Shown here: one piece after another, positions 29,578 through 39,188 of the stretch
Numbering within the stretch: position 1 is the stretch's first letter
Layout: each line of letters begins with the position of its first letter
Assembly: GCA_046538415.1 (NCBI GenBank)
Contig: JBKHIY010000013.1
Span: 747 to 64,746, forward strand
Direction of reading: 5' to 3'
Length of the DNA: 64,000 bases
Origin: Candidatus Brocadiia bacterium
Lineage (GTDB): Bacteria > Planctomycetota > PUPC01 > DSUN01
The notes under the pieces: generated by a model
What the model saw: the letters and a program-made list of their open reading frames with translations, nothing else
Told to the model about the DNA's origin: nothing
The model's database searches: none
Translations under genes and position numbers: made by a program

Positions 29578-30612
29578 CTAGCGGGAGCCTGCCTGGTCGA
29601 CCTGGAGCCGCTCGAAGCCGCTGGAGCGCGCCGTAGCCAGCTCCCCGTCGCGGCGGTACATGATGAGCATCTCGACCTCCTCGCGCTTTTCGGCGAAGGC
29701 CAGCGCCTGCTCGACCCCCATCACGCTCGCCGCCGTGGCGTAGGCGTCGGCGGTCATCGGGTCGGCCGCCACCACGGTGACGCTGGTCATGTCCTCCACG
29801 GGACGGCCGGTGCGAGGGTCCAGGATGTGGGAGTAGCGCCGCCCGTCGACCATTCCGAACTGCTCGTAGTCGCCCGAGGTGGCCACGGCGCGGTCGCGCA
29901 GGAGGATGGGCCGGGGCAGGATCTTGCCTCGCCGGCTGGGGTCGCGGACGCCGATGAGCCAGCCCTCGCGGCCCGGCGGGGCGCCCACGCCGTAGATGTC
30001 GCCGCCGGCGTCCACCAGAGCGGCGCGAATGCCATGGGCCTGGAGGGCTTCGATCGCCTGGGCCACGGCGTAGCCCTTGCCGATGCCGCTGAGCTCGAGC
30101 CTCTGGCCCGCCTTGGCCAGCCGCACGCGGGGCGCGTCGGGAGCGCACTCCACCGACCGGTAGTCCACGAGAGCCCTGGCCGCCGCGATCTCTTCGTCGC
30201 CGGGGCGCTTGCCCGTGCGCCAGCTGCGCCGCCACAGCGCCACCACGGGGCCCACCGTGGGGTCGAAGGCGCCGCGGGTCTCCTCGGCGATCTCCACGGC
30301 CCTCCGCAGGGGCACCCACAGATGCTCGCTCACGGCCATGGGCGGCGACCCGGCGGCGCGGTTGAGCTTCGAGACGTCGCTGTCCTCCCGCCAGGTGCTG
30401 GTGGCCGCCTCCACCTCCTCGACGCGCTGGAACGCGGCCTCGATGGCCCGCAGCCCTGCCTCCCGCCCGGGCGCGTAGACGGTCACCGCCATGTAGGTGC
30501 CCATGGGCCTGCGCGTGCGGGACAGGCGCACCAGGTCGGCCTCCCCGGCGCCGCTCCGCGCGGCGGCGAGGACCAGCAGGCACGCGACGGGCTGGATGCG
30601 CGCTGCTCGCAT
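29578..30612 (-). CDS. apbE: FAD:protein FMN transferase
   Basis: 344 aa. A signal or lipoprotein-like N-terminus is followed by MGTYMAVTVYA, GIGKGYAVAQAIEAL and a TSGDYEQF motif typical of ApbE. Confidence 0.85.
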   Translation of the reverse strand: MRAARIQPVACLLVLAAARSGAGEADLVRLSRTRRPMGTYMAVTVYAPGREAGLRAIEAAFQRVEEVEAATSTWREDSDVSKLNRAAGSPPMAVSEHLWVPLRRAVEIAEETRGAFDPTVGPVVALWRRSWRTGKRPGDEEIAAARALVDYRSVECAPDAPRVRLAKAGQRLELSGIGKGYAVAQAIEALQAHGIRAALVDAGGDIYGVGAPPGREGWLIGVRDPSRRGKILPRPILLRDRAVATSGDYEQFGMVDGRRYSHILDPRTGRPVEDMTSVTVVAADPMTADAYATAASVMGVEQALAFAEKREEVEMLIMYRRDGELATARSSGFERLQVDQAGSR

Positions 30613-30726
30613 CAGGGCACACTCCCATCTCCCCCTGTCATTCTAGCAGAATGGGCACGGGGGAAAAACCATGGCATGGGCCTCGCCGTATGTCCTCACG
30701 CCGGTCCCTGGGCGAGGGCAGCACCA

Positions 30727-31329
30727 TCATTCCAGGTTGGCGTGCTTGGCGGACATACTTTCTGGCGAGGCCCCGCGGTGCTCCTGGAGCAGGAGCACCA
30801 TGGCGTCGAGAAAGAGGAGGAGGGACTGCTCGAACAGCGACGCCCCGAACTGCTCCGATGGCGAGGCGCTGGAGGGCGTGGTGGGCGCCGGAAGCACCAC
30901 CTCGATATCCGCCTCCGCCGCCAGGCGGCTGCCCGGCGCGGCGGTGATGGCCGCCACCGTGGCGCCCACCTCGCGGGAGCGGCGGGCGCGGTGGCAGGTG
31001 ATGGGCGTCTCGCCGGAGCCGGAGCAGGCGATGCACAGGTCGCCGGCCTCGATGGCGGGAGTGATGGTCTCCCCGCACACGAAGCTGTGCATCCCCAGGT
31101 GGATGAGGCGCATGGCGAAGGCCCGTCCCACCAGGCCCGAGCGGCCCTCGCCCGCCACGTACACGCGGCGAGCCGCTACGAGGCCGTCGAGCAGGCGGTC
31201 GGCAGCGCCCAGGTCGGCCCGGGCGAAGAGCTCCTCGAGCTCCTCCTCGATCTGTCGCACGGCCCGGTGGATGTCCATCGCTCGCTCCGCGACGTTCTGC
31301 TGCGGCATTGTGCCCAAGTATACCCTCAC
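30727..31329 (-). CDS. SIS-domain sugar-phosphate isomerase, 6-phospho-3-hexuloisomerase-like
   Basis: 200 aa. RRVYVAGEGRSGLVGRAFAMRL and ACSGSGET are SIS motifs. Confidence 0.7.
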   Translation of the reverse strand: MRVYLGTMPQQNVAERAMDIHRAVRQIEEELEELFARADLGAADRLLDGLVAARRVYVAGEGRSGLVGRAFAMRLIHLGMHSFVCGETITPAIEAGDLCIACSGSGETPITCHRARRSREVGATVAAITAAPGSRLAAEADIEVVLPAPTTPSSASPSEQFGASLFEQSLLLFLDAMVLLLQEHRGASPESMSAKHANLE

Positions 31330-31372
31330 GGCACCCTTCCCGCAAGGCCCGCGGCGAGTGCCTGGCGGCCGC

Positions 31373-32440
31373 TTACGCCCCGTCGCAGCGTTCGGACGCC
31401 CGGTGGGGCGTCACGGCCACCGCGCCCTCGCCGCCGACCTCGCCCTCCAGGACGACCGTGGCGTCGACGAACCGCTCGATCACCCGCGCGTTCGTGACCA
31501 GGTGCGTGGTGATGCACGGCACGGGGAACCGCGAGGGAGCCGACGCCAGGGCGAGGGCCAGGAGCAGCTGGTCGGCGCTGTGGGCGTCCACGGCCCCCGC
31601 GGTGCCCAGGAAGCCCAGCAGCGCGTCGCACGCCTCGTCGGCCACCTGCTCGGCCCGCTTTCCCCGGGCTCCCAGCGCGTCGAAGGCGGCCCGCCCGCCC
31701 CCTCGGTAGCAGGACAGGAGGTGGAGCACCGTGCCCTTGCCAGGGGAGGGCAGCTCGGCGATCTCGATGCCCGCGTGCAGCCCCGCCGCCTCCAGGCGTG
31801 CCAGGGCCTGGCGCCGCTGGCGCTCGGCGATGGAGCGCGGCAGGTTGCTCACCGCCGACACCCCCTCCAGCCGCTCCAGCGGGCCGCGAGACCCCAGCTC
31901 CAGCGGGTCCACGGAGCGGGCGGGCAGGATCTTCGCCCGAACCTGGCCCCCGCCCTCCGGATAGTAGCCGGCCTGGCTGAGGGTCAGCTCCACCTCGATC
32001 CCCATCCTGCGGAGCAGCGACGCCCACTGGTGGCGCAAGAAGTGGAACGAGGGGCTGAACGGCACGTGCGTGCCGCCCCCGAGCGTGACCACGGAGCGCG
32101 ACGGCTCCAGGGCCAGGGGCAGGGACAGGGTCTGGAGGAGAAGCGAGGTGGAGCCTGCCGTGCGGATATCGAACCGATACGTGCCCGGACGAACCGCCGA
32201 GGGCGCGAAGCGGACCGTCCTGGAGCCCAGCGCGGCGCCCTCCACCTGGGCGCCGCTCACCTTGGCCGCCGCCTTCACGCACGCCAGGTGCTGGGGCCGC
32301 AGCCCCGGCTTGCGCCGGCCGGCCCGCAGGTTCCGGATCGCGAACGGCCGGCCAGTGACCATGGAGAGGGCTAGGGCCGTGCGCAGAATCTGCCCGCCGC
32401 CCTCGCCTTCGGAGCCGTCGATGTGGAGTATCTCGGCCAC
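31373..32440 (-). CDS. rtcA: RNA 3'-terminal phosphate cyclase
   Basis: The motif ILHIDGSEGEGGGQILRTALALSMVTGRPF matches the RtcA N-terminus. The annotated ATG at 32539 would collide with the divergent gmhB start. A GTG at 32440 (VAEILHIDG…) gives the canonical length. The start is uncertain. Confidence 0.75.
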   Translation of the reverse strand: MAEILHIDGSEGEGGGQILRTALALSMVTGRPFAIRNLRAGRRKPGLRPQHLACVKAAAKVSGAQVEGAALGSRTVRFAPSAVRPGTYRFDIRTAGSTSLLLQTLSLPLALEPSRSVVTLGGGTHVPFSPSFHFLRHQWASLLRRMGIEVELTLSQAGYYPEGGGQVRAKILPARSVDPLELGSRGPLERLEGVSAVSNLPRSIAERQRRQALARLEAAGLHAGIEIAELPSPGKGTVLHLLSCYRGGGRAAFDALGARGKRAEQVADEACDALLGFLGTAGAVDAHSADQLLLALALASAPSRFPVPCITTHLVTNARVIERFVDATVVLEGEVGGEGAVAVTPHRASERCDGA

Positions 32441-32536
32441 GTCCCATCCCCGTGTTCGCCGCGCCCTGCGCCGGCGACGAGCTTCGCCGGCGGCTTGCCG
32501 TCGGCGCGTGCCGCGGCTACAATACAGCCCCGTGAC

Positions 32537-33104
32537 CATGGACGCAACCCGCTCCTACCGCCGCGTGGTGTTCCTGGACCGCGACGGGGTGGTCAACAGG
32601 CCGCCGCCGAAGGGGAGCTGGGTGTTCCGGTGGGAGGACTTCCACTTCGCCGACGGGGCCCTGGACGCCCTGCGGACGCTCCGCCGCCACGGCTTCACCG
32701 TGGTGGTAGTGACCAACCAGTCGTGCGTGGGCCGGGGCTTCGCGCAGCTGGCGGCCATCGAGGCCATTCACGCCAGGATGCTCGCCGCCGTGGGCGAGGC
32801 CGGCGGGGCCATCGCTGGGGTCTACGTCTGCCCCCACGTGGACGAGGACCGCTGCCCCTGCCGCAAGCCCAGGCCGGGGCTCATCGACCGGGCCGCCGCC
32901 GAGCTGGGCATCGATCCCGCGGGGGCCTTCCTGGTGGGCGACTCTCCCCGCGACGTCCAGGCGGGAGCGGCCAGGGGCTGCACCACCATCCTCGTAGACG
33001 CGGAAGAGGCTCCTGCGTGCGAGGCCGACTTCGTGGCCGCCGACCTGCGGGAGGCCACCCACCTGATCCTCCGCCTGGTGGGGGACTTGCCCCGGGAGCC
33101 CTGA
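32537..33104 (+). CDS. gmhB: HAD-IIIA phosphatase, D,D-heptose 1,7-bisphosphate phosphatase (GmhB)-like
   Basis: 189 aa. Motif I is VVFLDRDGVVN. CPHVDEDRCPCRKPRPGL carries the Zn-binding Cys residues of GmhB. The text continues with LVGDSPRDVQAGAARGC. Confidence 0.7.
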
Positions 33105-33112
33105 GCCCGGCG

Positions 33113-34108
33113 TCACTCTCCCGCTCGGTCCACCAGCTCGACCAGGGCGGCGAGCAGGGCCGGGATGCCCTCGCCCGTGGCGGCCGAGATGGGTAGGACG
33201 CGCACCGGCAGGTCGGCCTCCAGGGCCCGTACCGCCTCTCGCCCCTCGGGCAGGTCTACCTTGTTGGCCGCTACCAGGGCTGGCCTGTCGAGGAGGGCGT
33301 GGCCGTAGGAGGCCAGCTCGTCGCGGAGCACGCGGTAGGCCTCCAGGGGCGGCGTGCCGTCCACCCCCGCCGCGTCGACCACGTGGAGGAGCACGCGGGT
33401 GCGTTCGATGTGGCGGAGGAACTCGATGCCCAGGCCGTGGCCTTCGTGGGCTCCCTCGATGAGGCCCGGGATGTCGGCAACGACCAGGCGGCGGAAGTCC
33501 CCCATGTCCACGATGCCCAGGCACGGCTGGCGGGTGGTGAAGGGGTAGGGGGCCACGCGGGGATGGGCGTGGGAGATGCGGGAGATGAGGGTGGACTTTC
33601 CCGCGTTGGGGAGGCCCACCAGGCCCACGTCGGCGAGCAGCTTGAGCTCCAGGCGCAGGGTACGCTCCTCGCCGGGCTGGCCCTCCTCGGCTTCGCGGGG
33701 GGTCTGGTGGGTGGCGGTGGCGAAGTGCTTGTTGCCGCGTCCCCCGGCGCCTCCCCGGGCCACGCACACCCGCTCCCCCTGCTTGCTCAGGTCGCGGAGC
33801 AGGAGGCTCTTGTCCACGTCGTAGACCAGGGTGCCCACGGGCACGGGGACGACCAGGTCCGGGGCGCTGGCCCCCGTCTTGTTCTTGCCCTGGCCGCCCT
33901 TGCCGGCCTTGGCCACCAGGTGGCGGCGGTAGGTGAAATCGTAGAGGGTGTCGACCGAGGGGTCGGCGACGAGGACTACGTCGCCCCCCTTACCGCCGTC
34001 GCCGCCGTCGGGGCCGCCGCGGGGCACGAACTTCTCGCGGCGGAAGCTCACGCAGCCGTCGCCCCCCCTGCCGGCCCGCACATAGACTGTGGCTTCGTCG
34101 ATGAACAT
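33113..34108 (-). CDS. obg: GTPase Obg
   Basis: MFIDEATVYVRAGRGGDGCVSFRREKFVPRGGPDGGDGGKGGDV is the Obg fold N-terminus. The G-domain motifs are GLPNAGKST and DIPGLIEGA. Confidence 0.9.
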   Translation of the reverse strand: MFIDEATVYVRAGRGGDGCVSFRREKFVPRGGPDGGDGGKGGDVVLVADPSVDTLYDFTYRRHLVAKAGKGGQGKNKTGASAPDLVVPVPVGTLVYDVDKSLLLRDLSKQGERVCVARGGAGGRGNKHFATATHQTPREAEEGQPGEERTLRLELKLLADVGLVGLPNAGKSTLISRISHAHPRVAPYPFTTRQPCLGIVDMGDFRRLVVADIPGLIEGAHEGHGLGIEFLRHIERTRVLLHVVDAAGVDGTPPLEAYRVLRDELASYGHALLDRPALVAANKVDLPEGREAVRALEADLPVRVLPISAATGEGIPALLAALVELVDRAGE

Positions 34109-34163
34109 GGCGTGGCGGGGATGGGAGGCGGGCGCCCGATGCCGGGCGCCCATCCCTGGGGGC

Positions 34164-34406
34164 TCAGTCGGCGAGGACGTGGACCTTGCGGCCGGTGCCG
34201 AAGTGGACGCGCCCGGCGGACTTGGCGAAGAGGGTGTCGTCGGAGCCCCGTCCGACGTTGAACCCCGGCTTGAATCGCGTTCCGCACTGTCGGATGATGA
34301 TGGTCCCCGACTTCACCGACTGGCCGCCGAAGCGCTTGACGCCGCGGTGCTGGGCATTGCTGTCCCGTCCGTTCCGCGAGGACCCCTGTCCTTTCTTGTG
34401 TGCCAT
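34164..34406 (-). CDS. rpmA: 50S ribosomal protein L27
   Basis: [29 protein letters not shown] is the canonical L27 N-terminus. Confidence 0.95.
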   Translation of the reverse strand: MAHKKGQGSSRNGRDSNAQHRGVKRFGGQSVKSGTIIIRQCGTRFKPGFNVGRGSDDTLFAKSAGRVHFGTGRKVHVLAD

Positions 34407-34424
34407 GGGAGGAGCTCCTTTTGC

Positions 34425-34739
34425 TCAGGATGCGAGGATACGGTTGATCTGCACTCGGGTGAGTTTCTGGCGGTGGCCCATTTTCCGGCGGCGTCCCTTT
34501 CGCCGCTTGAAGGTGGCCACGGTGATCTTCTCGCCCAGCTCGTGGGCGACCACGGAGCCGATCACGCGCACGTCGGCCAGGGTCGGGCTGCCCCAGCGCA
34601 CGTCGTCGCCGTCGCTGTAGAAGAGGACTCGCTCGAACTCGATGGGCTCGCCGGCCTTGTCGGGCAGGCGCTCGACCTCGATGGTGTCGCCGGGGGCCAC
34701 CTTGTGCTGTTTTCCTCCGCTCTCGATGACGGCGTACAT
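34425..34739 (-). CDS. rplU: 50S ribosomal protein L21
   Basis: MYAVIESGGKQHKVAPGDTIEVERL…, 104 aa. The longer ORF in the track is an upstream read-through in the same frame. Confidence 0.95.
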   Translation of the reverse strand: MYAVIESGGKQHKVAPGDTIEVERLPDKAGEPIEFERVLFYSDGDDVRWGSPTLADVRVIGSVVAHELGEKITVATFKRRKGRRRKMGHRQKLTRVQINRILAS

Positions 34740-34756
34740 GATGGGGTCTCCTGGAC

Positions 34757-36274
34757 TCAGAGCGTGGTCTTCTTGCCCGATTTCAGGTAGCACACCACCT
34801 CGCAGTCGCCGGGCCCGAGTCCGGGACGGCAGATGATGCGTAGTCGTCGGTTCGATTCGCGCTCGATGCGGTCGAGTTCGTGGCGCTTGGCGTTGGCCAG
34901 CTCCTCGGCCACCTGGGGATGGGTGGCGACCTCGATGCGCTCGGCGTCCTTCTTGGAGACGGCCAGGCGCGTCTGGCGCATCACGTGGGGCACCATGCTC
35001 TCCACGCTGCGCACCAGGCCGGTGCCCGAGCACGTGGGGCACGAGGTGAACAGGGCTCGCTTGGTGCCCTCGCGGACCCGCTGCCGGGTGATCTGCATGA
35101 GGCCGAAGCTGGACATTCGGAGGACTCGGCTGCGCGCCCTGTCGCGCCGCAGCTCGGCGGTCATGGTCTTCTCCACCTTGCGGCGGTGTTTGTCCTGGCG
35201 CATGTCGATGAAGTCCACCACGATCACCCCGCCCATGTCGCGCAGTCGGAGCTGTCGTGCGACCTCCTTGGCCGCCTCCATGTTGGTGCGGAAGGCGGTC
35301 TCCTCGATGTCGTCCTCGTTGGTGTAGCGGCCGGAATTGACGTCGATGGCCACCAGGGCTTCGGCCTGCTCGATGACGATGGAGCCGCCGCTCTTGAGGG
35401 GGAAGCGGTTGGAGAAGGTCTTCTGGATTTCCTCTTCGATGCCGTAGCGGTGGAAGAGGGGGGTGGCGCCGCGGTAGTGCTTGACCCGCTTGCAGTGGGT
35501 GGGGGAGACCATGCGGAGGAACTCGGCGGCCTTGTGGCAGGCGTCCTCGGTGTCGATCACGATCTGCTGGATGTCGGGGGTGAGCACGTCGCGCAGGCAC
35601 CGGATCACGATGTCGCTTTCCTGGTAGACGAGCGAGGGGGCCTTGGTCTTTCGAATCCGCTCCTCCAGGGCTTGCCACAGCCTCTTGAGGTAGCGCAGGT
35701 CGCGCTGGAGGTCGGACTTGCGGCAGTCGGCCCCCGCGGTGCGCACGATGAAGCCCATCTTCTCGGGCAGGTCGAGCTCCTGGAGCATCTTGCGCAGCCG
35801 CTGGCGCTCGGGGTCGTCCTGGATCTTCCGCGACACCCCTCGGTGGACCACCCCGGGCATCATCACCAGGTAGCGCCCGGGGAGGCTGATGTAGGTGGTG
35901 ACGCTGGGGCCTTTGTTTCCGATGGGCTCCTTGGTCACCTGGACGACGATCTCCTGGCCTTTCTTGAGGCTTTTCTGGATGGGCGGGGAGTTCTTCCGCC
36001 GCGTGGCCACGGCCCCGTCGGTGGGCACCAGCTCGTCGGCGCCGTTGGGCTTGACCTCGGAGACGTGGAGGAAGGCGTTCTTGGGCAGCCCGATGTCCAG
36101 GAATGCGGCCTGGATGCTCCGCTCCACGTTGGTGATGCGGCCCTTGTAGATGTTGCCCAGGTACTGCTCGGTGGCCGTGGGCTGGATGTAGAGCTCCTGT
36201 AGCACGTCGTCCTCGAGGATGGCGATGCGGCTTTCCTCGGGCTCCAGGGCATTGATGAGCATCTTACGTTGCAT
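34757..36274 (-). CDS. rng: Ribonuclease G (RNase E/G family)
   Basis: The N-terminal S1 domain reads GNIYKGRITNVERSIQAAFLDIG. The catalytic region carries the DVNSG/DFIDM motifs. Confidence 0.9.
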   Translation of the reverse strand: MQRKMLINALEPEESRIAILEDDVLQELYIQPTATEQYLGNIYKGRITNVERSIQAAFLDIGLPKNAFLHVSEVKPNGADELVPTDGAVATRRKNSPPIQKSLKKGQEIVVQVTKEPIGNKGPSVTTYISLPGRYLVMMPGVVHRGVSRKIQDDPERQRLRKMLQELDLPEKMGFIVRTAGADCRKSDLQRDLRYLKRLWQALEERIRKTKAPSLVYQESDIVIRCLRDVLTPDIQQIVIDTEDACHKAAEFLRMVSPTHCKRVKHYRGATPLFHRYGIEEEIQKTFSNRFPLKSGGSIVIEQAEALVAIDVNSGRYTNEDDIEETAFRTNMEAAKEVARQLRLRDMGGVIVVDFIDMRQDKHRRKVEKTMTAELRRDRARSRVLRMSSFGLMQITRQRVREGTKRALFTSCPTCSGTGLVRSVESMVPHVMRQTRLAVSKKDAERIEVATHPQVAEELANAKRHELDRIERESNRRLRIICRPGLGPGDCEVVCYLKSGKKTTL

Positions 36275-36962
36275 TCGCCCCGTCCCTCTCTTCTCGCTGC
36301 TCGGTGCCCCCTCGGGGTCTTCGCCGGGTCGGGCCCGCCAGGTGGACGCGGGTGCGGCGGTAGCGGGTTCCTCTCAGCTCGTCCGTCCTGCGCCCGAGCA
36401 CCGCGGCCACCACTTCGGCGGGCCGGGGCGTGCCTCCGGGTGCGACTCGGAGGGCGAAGGTCAGCCGCCGGCCCTCCACCTCCATGGCCTCCACGGGCGG
36501 GCGGAGATCGATCCGCCGGGTCCCCTTCTTGGTCGTCCGCTGGACCTCGAGCGAGTCGCGGGCCAGGAAACGGTCCACGTCGGCGGAGCCGACGGGCAGA
36601 TGGGGCGGCAGCTCGGCCTGGTAGACGATAGCCTCGACGCGCGCCCGCTGGTGCTCGTCCAGGGCCTGTGCCGAGGCGAACGAGAGCCCGGAAGGCAACT
36701 GCTCATCCAGGCGCGCCAGCAGGTCGGCCGGGGGCACGGGGCTCGCCAGGTCGACCTCCAGGGGCTCCTCGTCCGCCTCCGCGCCGAGGGGCAGGGCCAG
36801 GACGATGGCCAGCCTGGGGTGCGGGTTGAAGCCCTGGGTCATGCGCACCGGGAGCCCCGCACGCCGCACCGCCCGAGCGAAGAGCCGCATCAGGTCGCGA
36901 TGCGACAGGAACCTCGCTTCTCCTTCCTTGCGAAAACGCAACAGGACACGATGAAGGGTCAT
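36264..36962 (-). CDS. TIGR03936/DUF2344-family radical-SAM-associated protein
   Basis: About 232 aa. RFRKEGEARFLSHRDLMRLFARAVRRAGLPVRMTQGFNPHPR is the DUF2344 signature. It overlaps the rng start by 11 nt. Confidence 0.75.
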   Translation of the reverse strand: MTLHRVLLRFRKEGEARFLSHRDLMRLFARAVRRAGLPVRMTQGFNPHPRLAIVLALPLGAEADEEPLEVDLASPVPPADLLARLDEQLPSGLSFASAQALDEHQRARVEAIVYQAELPPHLPVGSADVDRFLARDSLEVQRTTKKGTRRIDLRPPVEAMEVEGRRLTFALRVAPGGTPRPAEVVAAVLGRRTDELRGTRYRRTRVHLAGPTRRRPRGGTEQREERDGANAT

Positions 36963-37028
36963 GGCAGCTCGATGCTGCATGCGGCCTGGCGGCCGCCACG
37001 TTCGGTCTCGGTGTGCCCCGTGGCCACT

Positions 37029-38816
37029 CTACTTCCCCTTCCGAGAGGCTTCGGCGCCTGCTGTCCGGGCCGCCTGGGGGGCTGGCTGGACCTGCTCGGC
37101 CAGCAGCTCCTCGGTGACTTCCCGCAGGTAGGCCACCGTGCGTTCGGCCTCGTCGAAGGACAGGGCCTGGCGCGTGACCTCCCGGGCGTACTCCAGGGAC
37201 ACGGAGCGGATGATCTCCTTGATCTGGGGAAGGACGGCGGGGCTGACGCTGAACTCGTTGAGGCCCAGCCCCACGAGCAGAATGGCGTAGACCACGTCGC
37301 CCGACATCTCGCCGCACATGGCCACACGGGTGCCGGTGCTCCGCGCCTCGGTGATCACGTCGCGGATCATCCGCAGCACCGCGGGATCGGCGGGCTGAAA
37401 GAGCGAGGAGACGCACTGGTTGCCCCGGTCGACGGCGAGACAGTACTGCACCAGGTCGTTGGTGCCGATGGAGAAGAAGTCCACCTCCTGGGCCAGCAGG
37501 TCGGCGGTCCACACGGCGCTGGGCACCTCGACCATGATGCCCATTTCGATGTTGCGGTCGAAGGGCACTCCCTCCTCGTCCAGCTCGGCCATCACTTCGT
37601 GGACGAAGCGCTTGGCCAGGCGGATCTCGCGGAGCATGGCGATCATGGGGAACAGGATGTTCACGTTCCCTCGCGCCGAGGCCCGCAGGATGGCGCGGAT
37701 CTGGGTGCGGAAGAGGTCCGGGTTCTGGAAGCACAGGCGGATCGACCGGCAGCCCAGGAAGGGGTTGCGCTCGCTGGCGCTCTCGCCGGGGACCAGCTTG
37801 TCGCCCCCCATGTCGAAGGTGCGGATGGCCACCGGCCGCCCGCCCAGGGCGTCCACTACGTGGCGGTAGGCCTCGTAGTGCTCCTCCTCCTCGGGGGGCC
37901 GGCCCTTCTCGAAGAAGAGGAACTCGGTGCGGTAGAGGCCCACCCCCTCGGCGCCCCGCTCCACGGCGACCTGCACCTCGGCCGGCGACTCGATATTGGC
38001 GTAGAGGCGCACGCGGTGGCCGTCGGTAGTCTCCGCGGGAAGCTGGCGGAGGCGGGCCAGGCGCACCTCGTGCTCCTGGATGTTCTGCACTTCGGCGTGG
38101 TAGCGGTCGAGGGTATCGGCGTCGGGATTGACCACCACCGCGCCCGAGCCGCCATCTACGATCAGCAGGTCGCCGCCCACCACCTCGGCCGTGATGGAGC
38201 CCAGGCCCACCACCGCGGGGATGCCCAGGGCACGAGCGATGATGGCCGTGTGGGAGGTGCGGCCCCCGGCGTCGGTGGCGAAGGCTACCACCTTCTCCTT
38301 GTCCAGGGTCACGGTCTGTGACGGGGAGAGGTCCTTGGCCACGATGATCACGTCGGACTCCAGGTGGCTGAGGTCCTCTCGCTTGAGCCCGTGGAGGTGG
38401 CGCAACAGCGTGTGCTCGATATCGTAGAGGTCGTGGACCAGGCGCTTGAGGTACTCGTTGTCCAGGAACTTGCGCACGTAGCGCTTGATGACCGACGAGA
38501 CGGCGAGCTCGGCCGTGCAGTTCCTCGATTCGATCTCCTCGAAGACGCCCCGCTTCAGCTCCTCGTCGCGGAGGATGGAGATGTGGGCGTCGAAGATCTT
38601 GAGGTATTCGCCCGCCGCGCCGTCCGAGGCCTGCTGCTGGATGGACTGGATTTCGGCGATGGCGTCGCTCACGCTTTGCTCGAAGCGCTCCTTCTCCCTG
38701 GGCACCTCCTCCGCGTTGATCTTGCGGTGCGAGATGGGGAATTCCTGGCTGTCCAGCACCAGGGCCTCGGCGATGGCCACCCCGGGAGAGGTGGGGATTC
38801 CACTGAGCTCTTCCAT
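37029..38816 (-). CDS. ptsI: Phosphoenolpyruvate-protein phosphotransferase (PTS enzyme I)
   Basis: 595 aa from MEELSGIPTSPGVAIA. The active-site His region is GGRTSHTAIIARALGIPAVVG. The PEP-utilising C-terminal domain carries NDLVQYCLAVDR. The 122 codons upstream in the track ORF are Arg/Gly-rich artefact. Confidence 0.9.
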   Translation of the reverse strand: MEELSGIPTSPGVAIAEALVLDSQEFPISHRKINAEEVPREKERFEQSVSDAIAEIQSIQQQASDGAAGEYLKIFDAHISILRDEELKRGVFEEIESRNCTAELAVSSVIKRYVRKFLDNEYLKRLVHDLYDIEHTLLRHLHGLKREDLSHLESDVIIVAKDLSPSQTVTLDKEKVVAFATDAGGRTSHTAIIARALGIPAVVGLGSITAEVVGGDLLIVDGGSGAVVVNPDADTLDRYHAEVQNIQEHEVRLARLRQLPAETTDGHRVRLYANIESPAEVQVAVERGAEGVGLYRTEFLFFEKGRPPEEEEHYEAYRHVVDALGGRPVAIRTFDMGGDKLVPGESASERNPFLGCRSIRLCFQNPDLFRTQIRAILRASARGNVNILFPMIAMLREIRLAKRFVHEVMAELDEEGVPFDRNIEMGIMVEVPSAVWTADLLAQEVDFFSIGTNDLVQYCLAVDRGNQCVSSLFQPADPAVLRMIRDVITEARSTGTRVAMCGEMSGDVVYAILLVGLGLNEFSVSPAVLPQIKEIIRSVSLEYAREVTRQALSFDEAERTVAYLREVTEELLAEQVQPAPQAARTAGAEASRKGK

Positions 38817-38827
38817 AGCTACCCAAC

Positions 38828-39133
38828 CTAGGCGTCGCCGGGGCGTAGCCTGGCGACGGACTCCTCGTCGAACTCGCCTCCGATCAGCGCCGCCAGGGCG
38901 GCCACCGCTTGCTCCGCATCGTGGCCCCGGGCCTCGATGGTCAGCCGCGCGCCCTTGGGCGAGGCCAGCTCGAGGACGGGCAGGAACTCCTTGGCATCCA
39001 CCGCGCGGTCGCCCTGTCGGAGCACGATGTCCGAGTCGAACTGCTGCGCCACTTCCACGATCACCTGGGCGGGCCGGAAGTGGATGCCCTGTGCGTGCGT
39101 CACCTCGACTTGCTGCGCAGCTTGCTGGGCCAC
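38828..39133 (-). CDS. ptsH: Phosphocarrier protein HPr/NPr
   Basis: The motif …VEVTHAQGIHFRPAQVIV… contains the active His in the GIHxRPA context. The size is 88-101 aa depending on the start chosen. Confidence 0.8.
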   Translation of the reverse strand: MAQQAAQQVEVTHAQGIHFRPAQVIVEVAQQFDSDIVLRQGDRAVDAKEFLPVLELASPKGARLTIEARGHDAEQAVAALAALIGGEFDEESVARLRPGDA

Positions 39134-39188
39134 GGGCGCGGCTGGCTCTCTGCGTTGGGCTCCCAGCGCGGGGTCCGCCCACGAGGTC

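Noticed and set aside
32441-32539. Annotated ATG start of rtcA at 32539
   Set aside because: It would place the rtcA start codon on top of the divergent gmhB start and add about 33 Arg-rich residues. A GTG at 32440 matches the RtcA N-terminus.
34425-35678. 417-aa ORF containing rplU
   Set aside because: Only the last 104 codons, from MYAVIESGGKQHK, are L21. The upstream part is in-frame read-through across the rng 3' end and is not a real extension.
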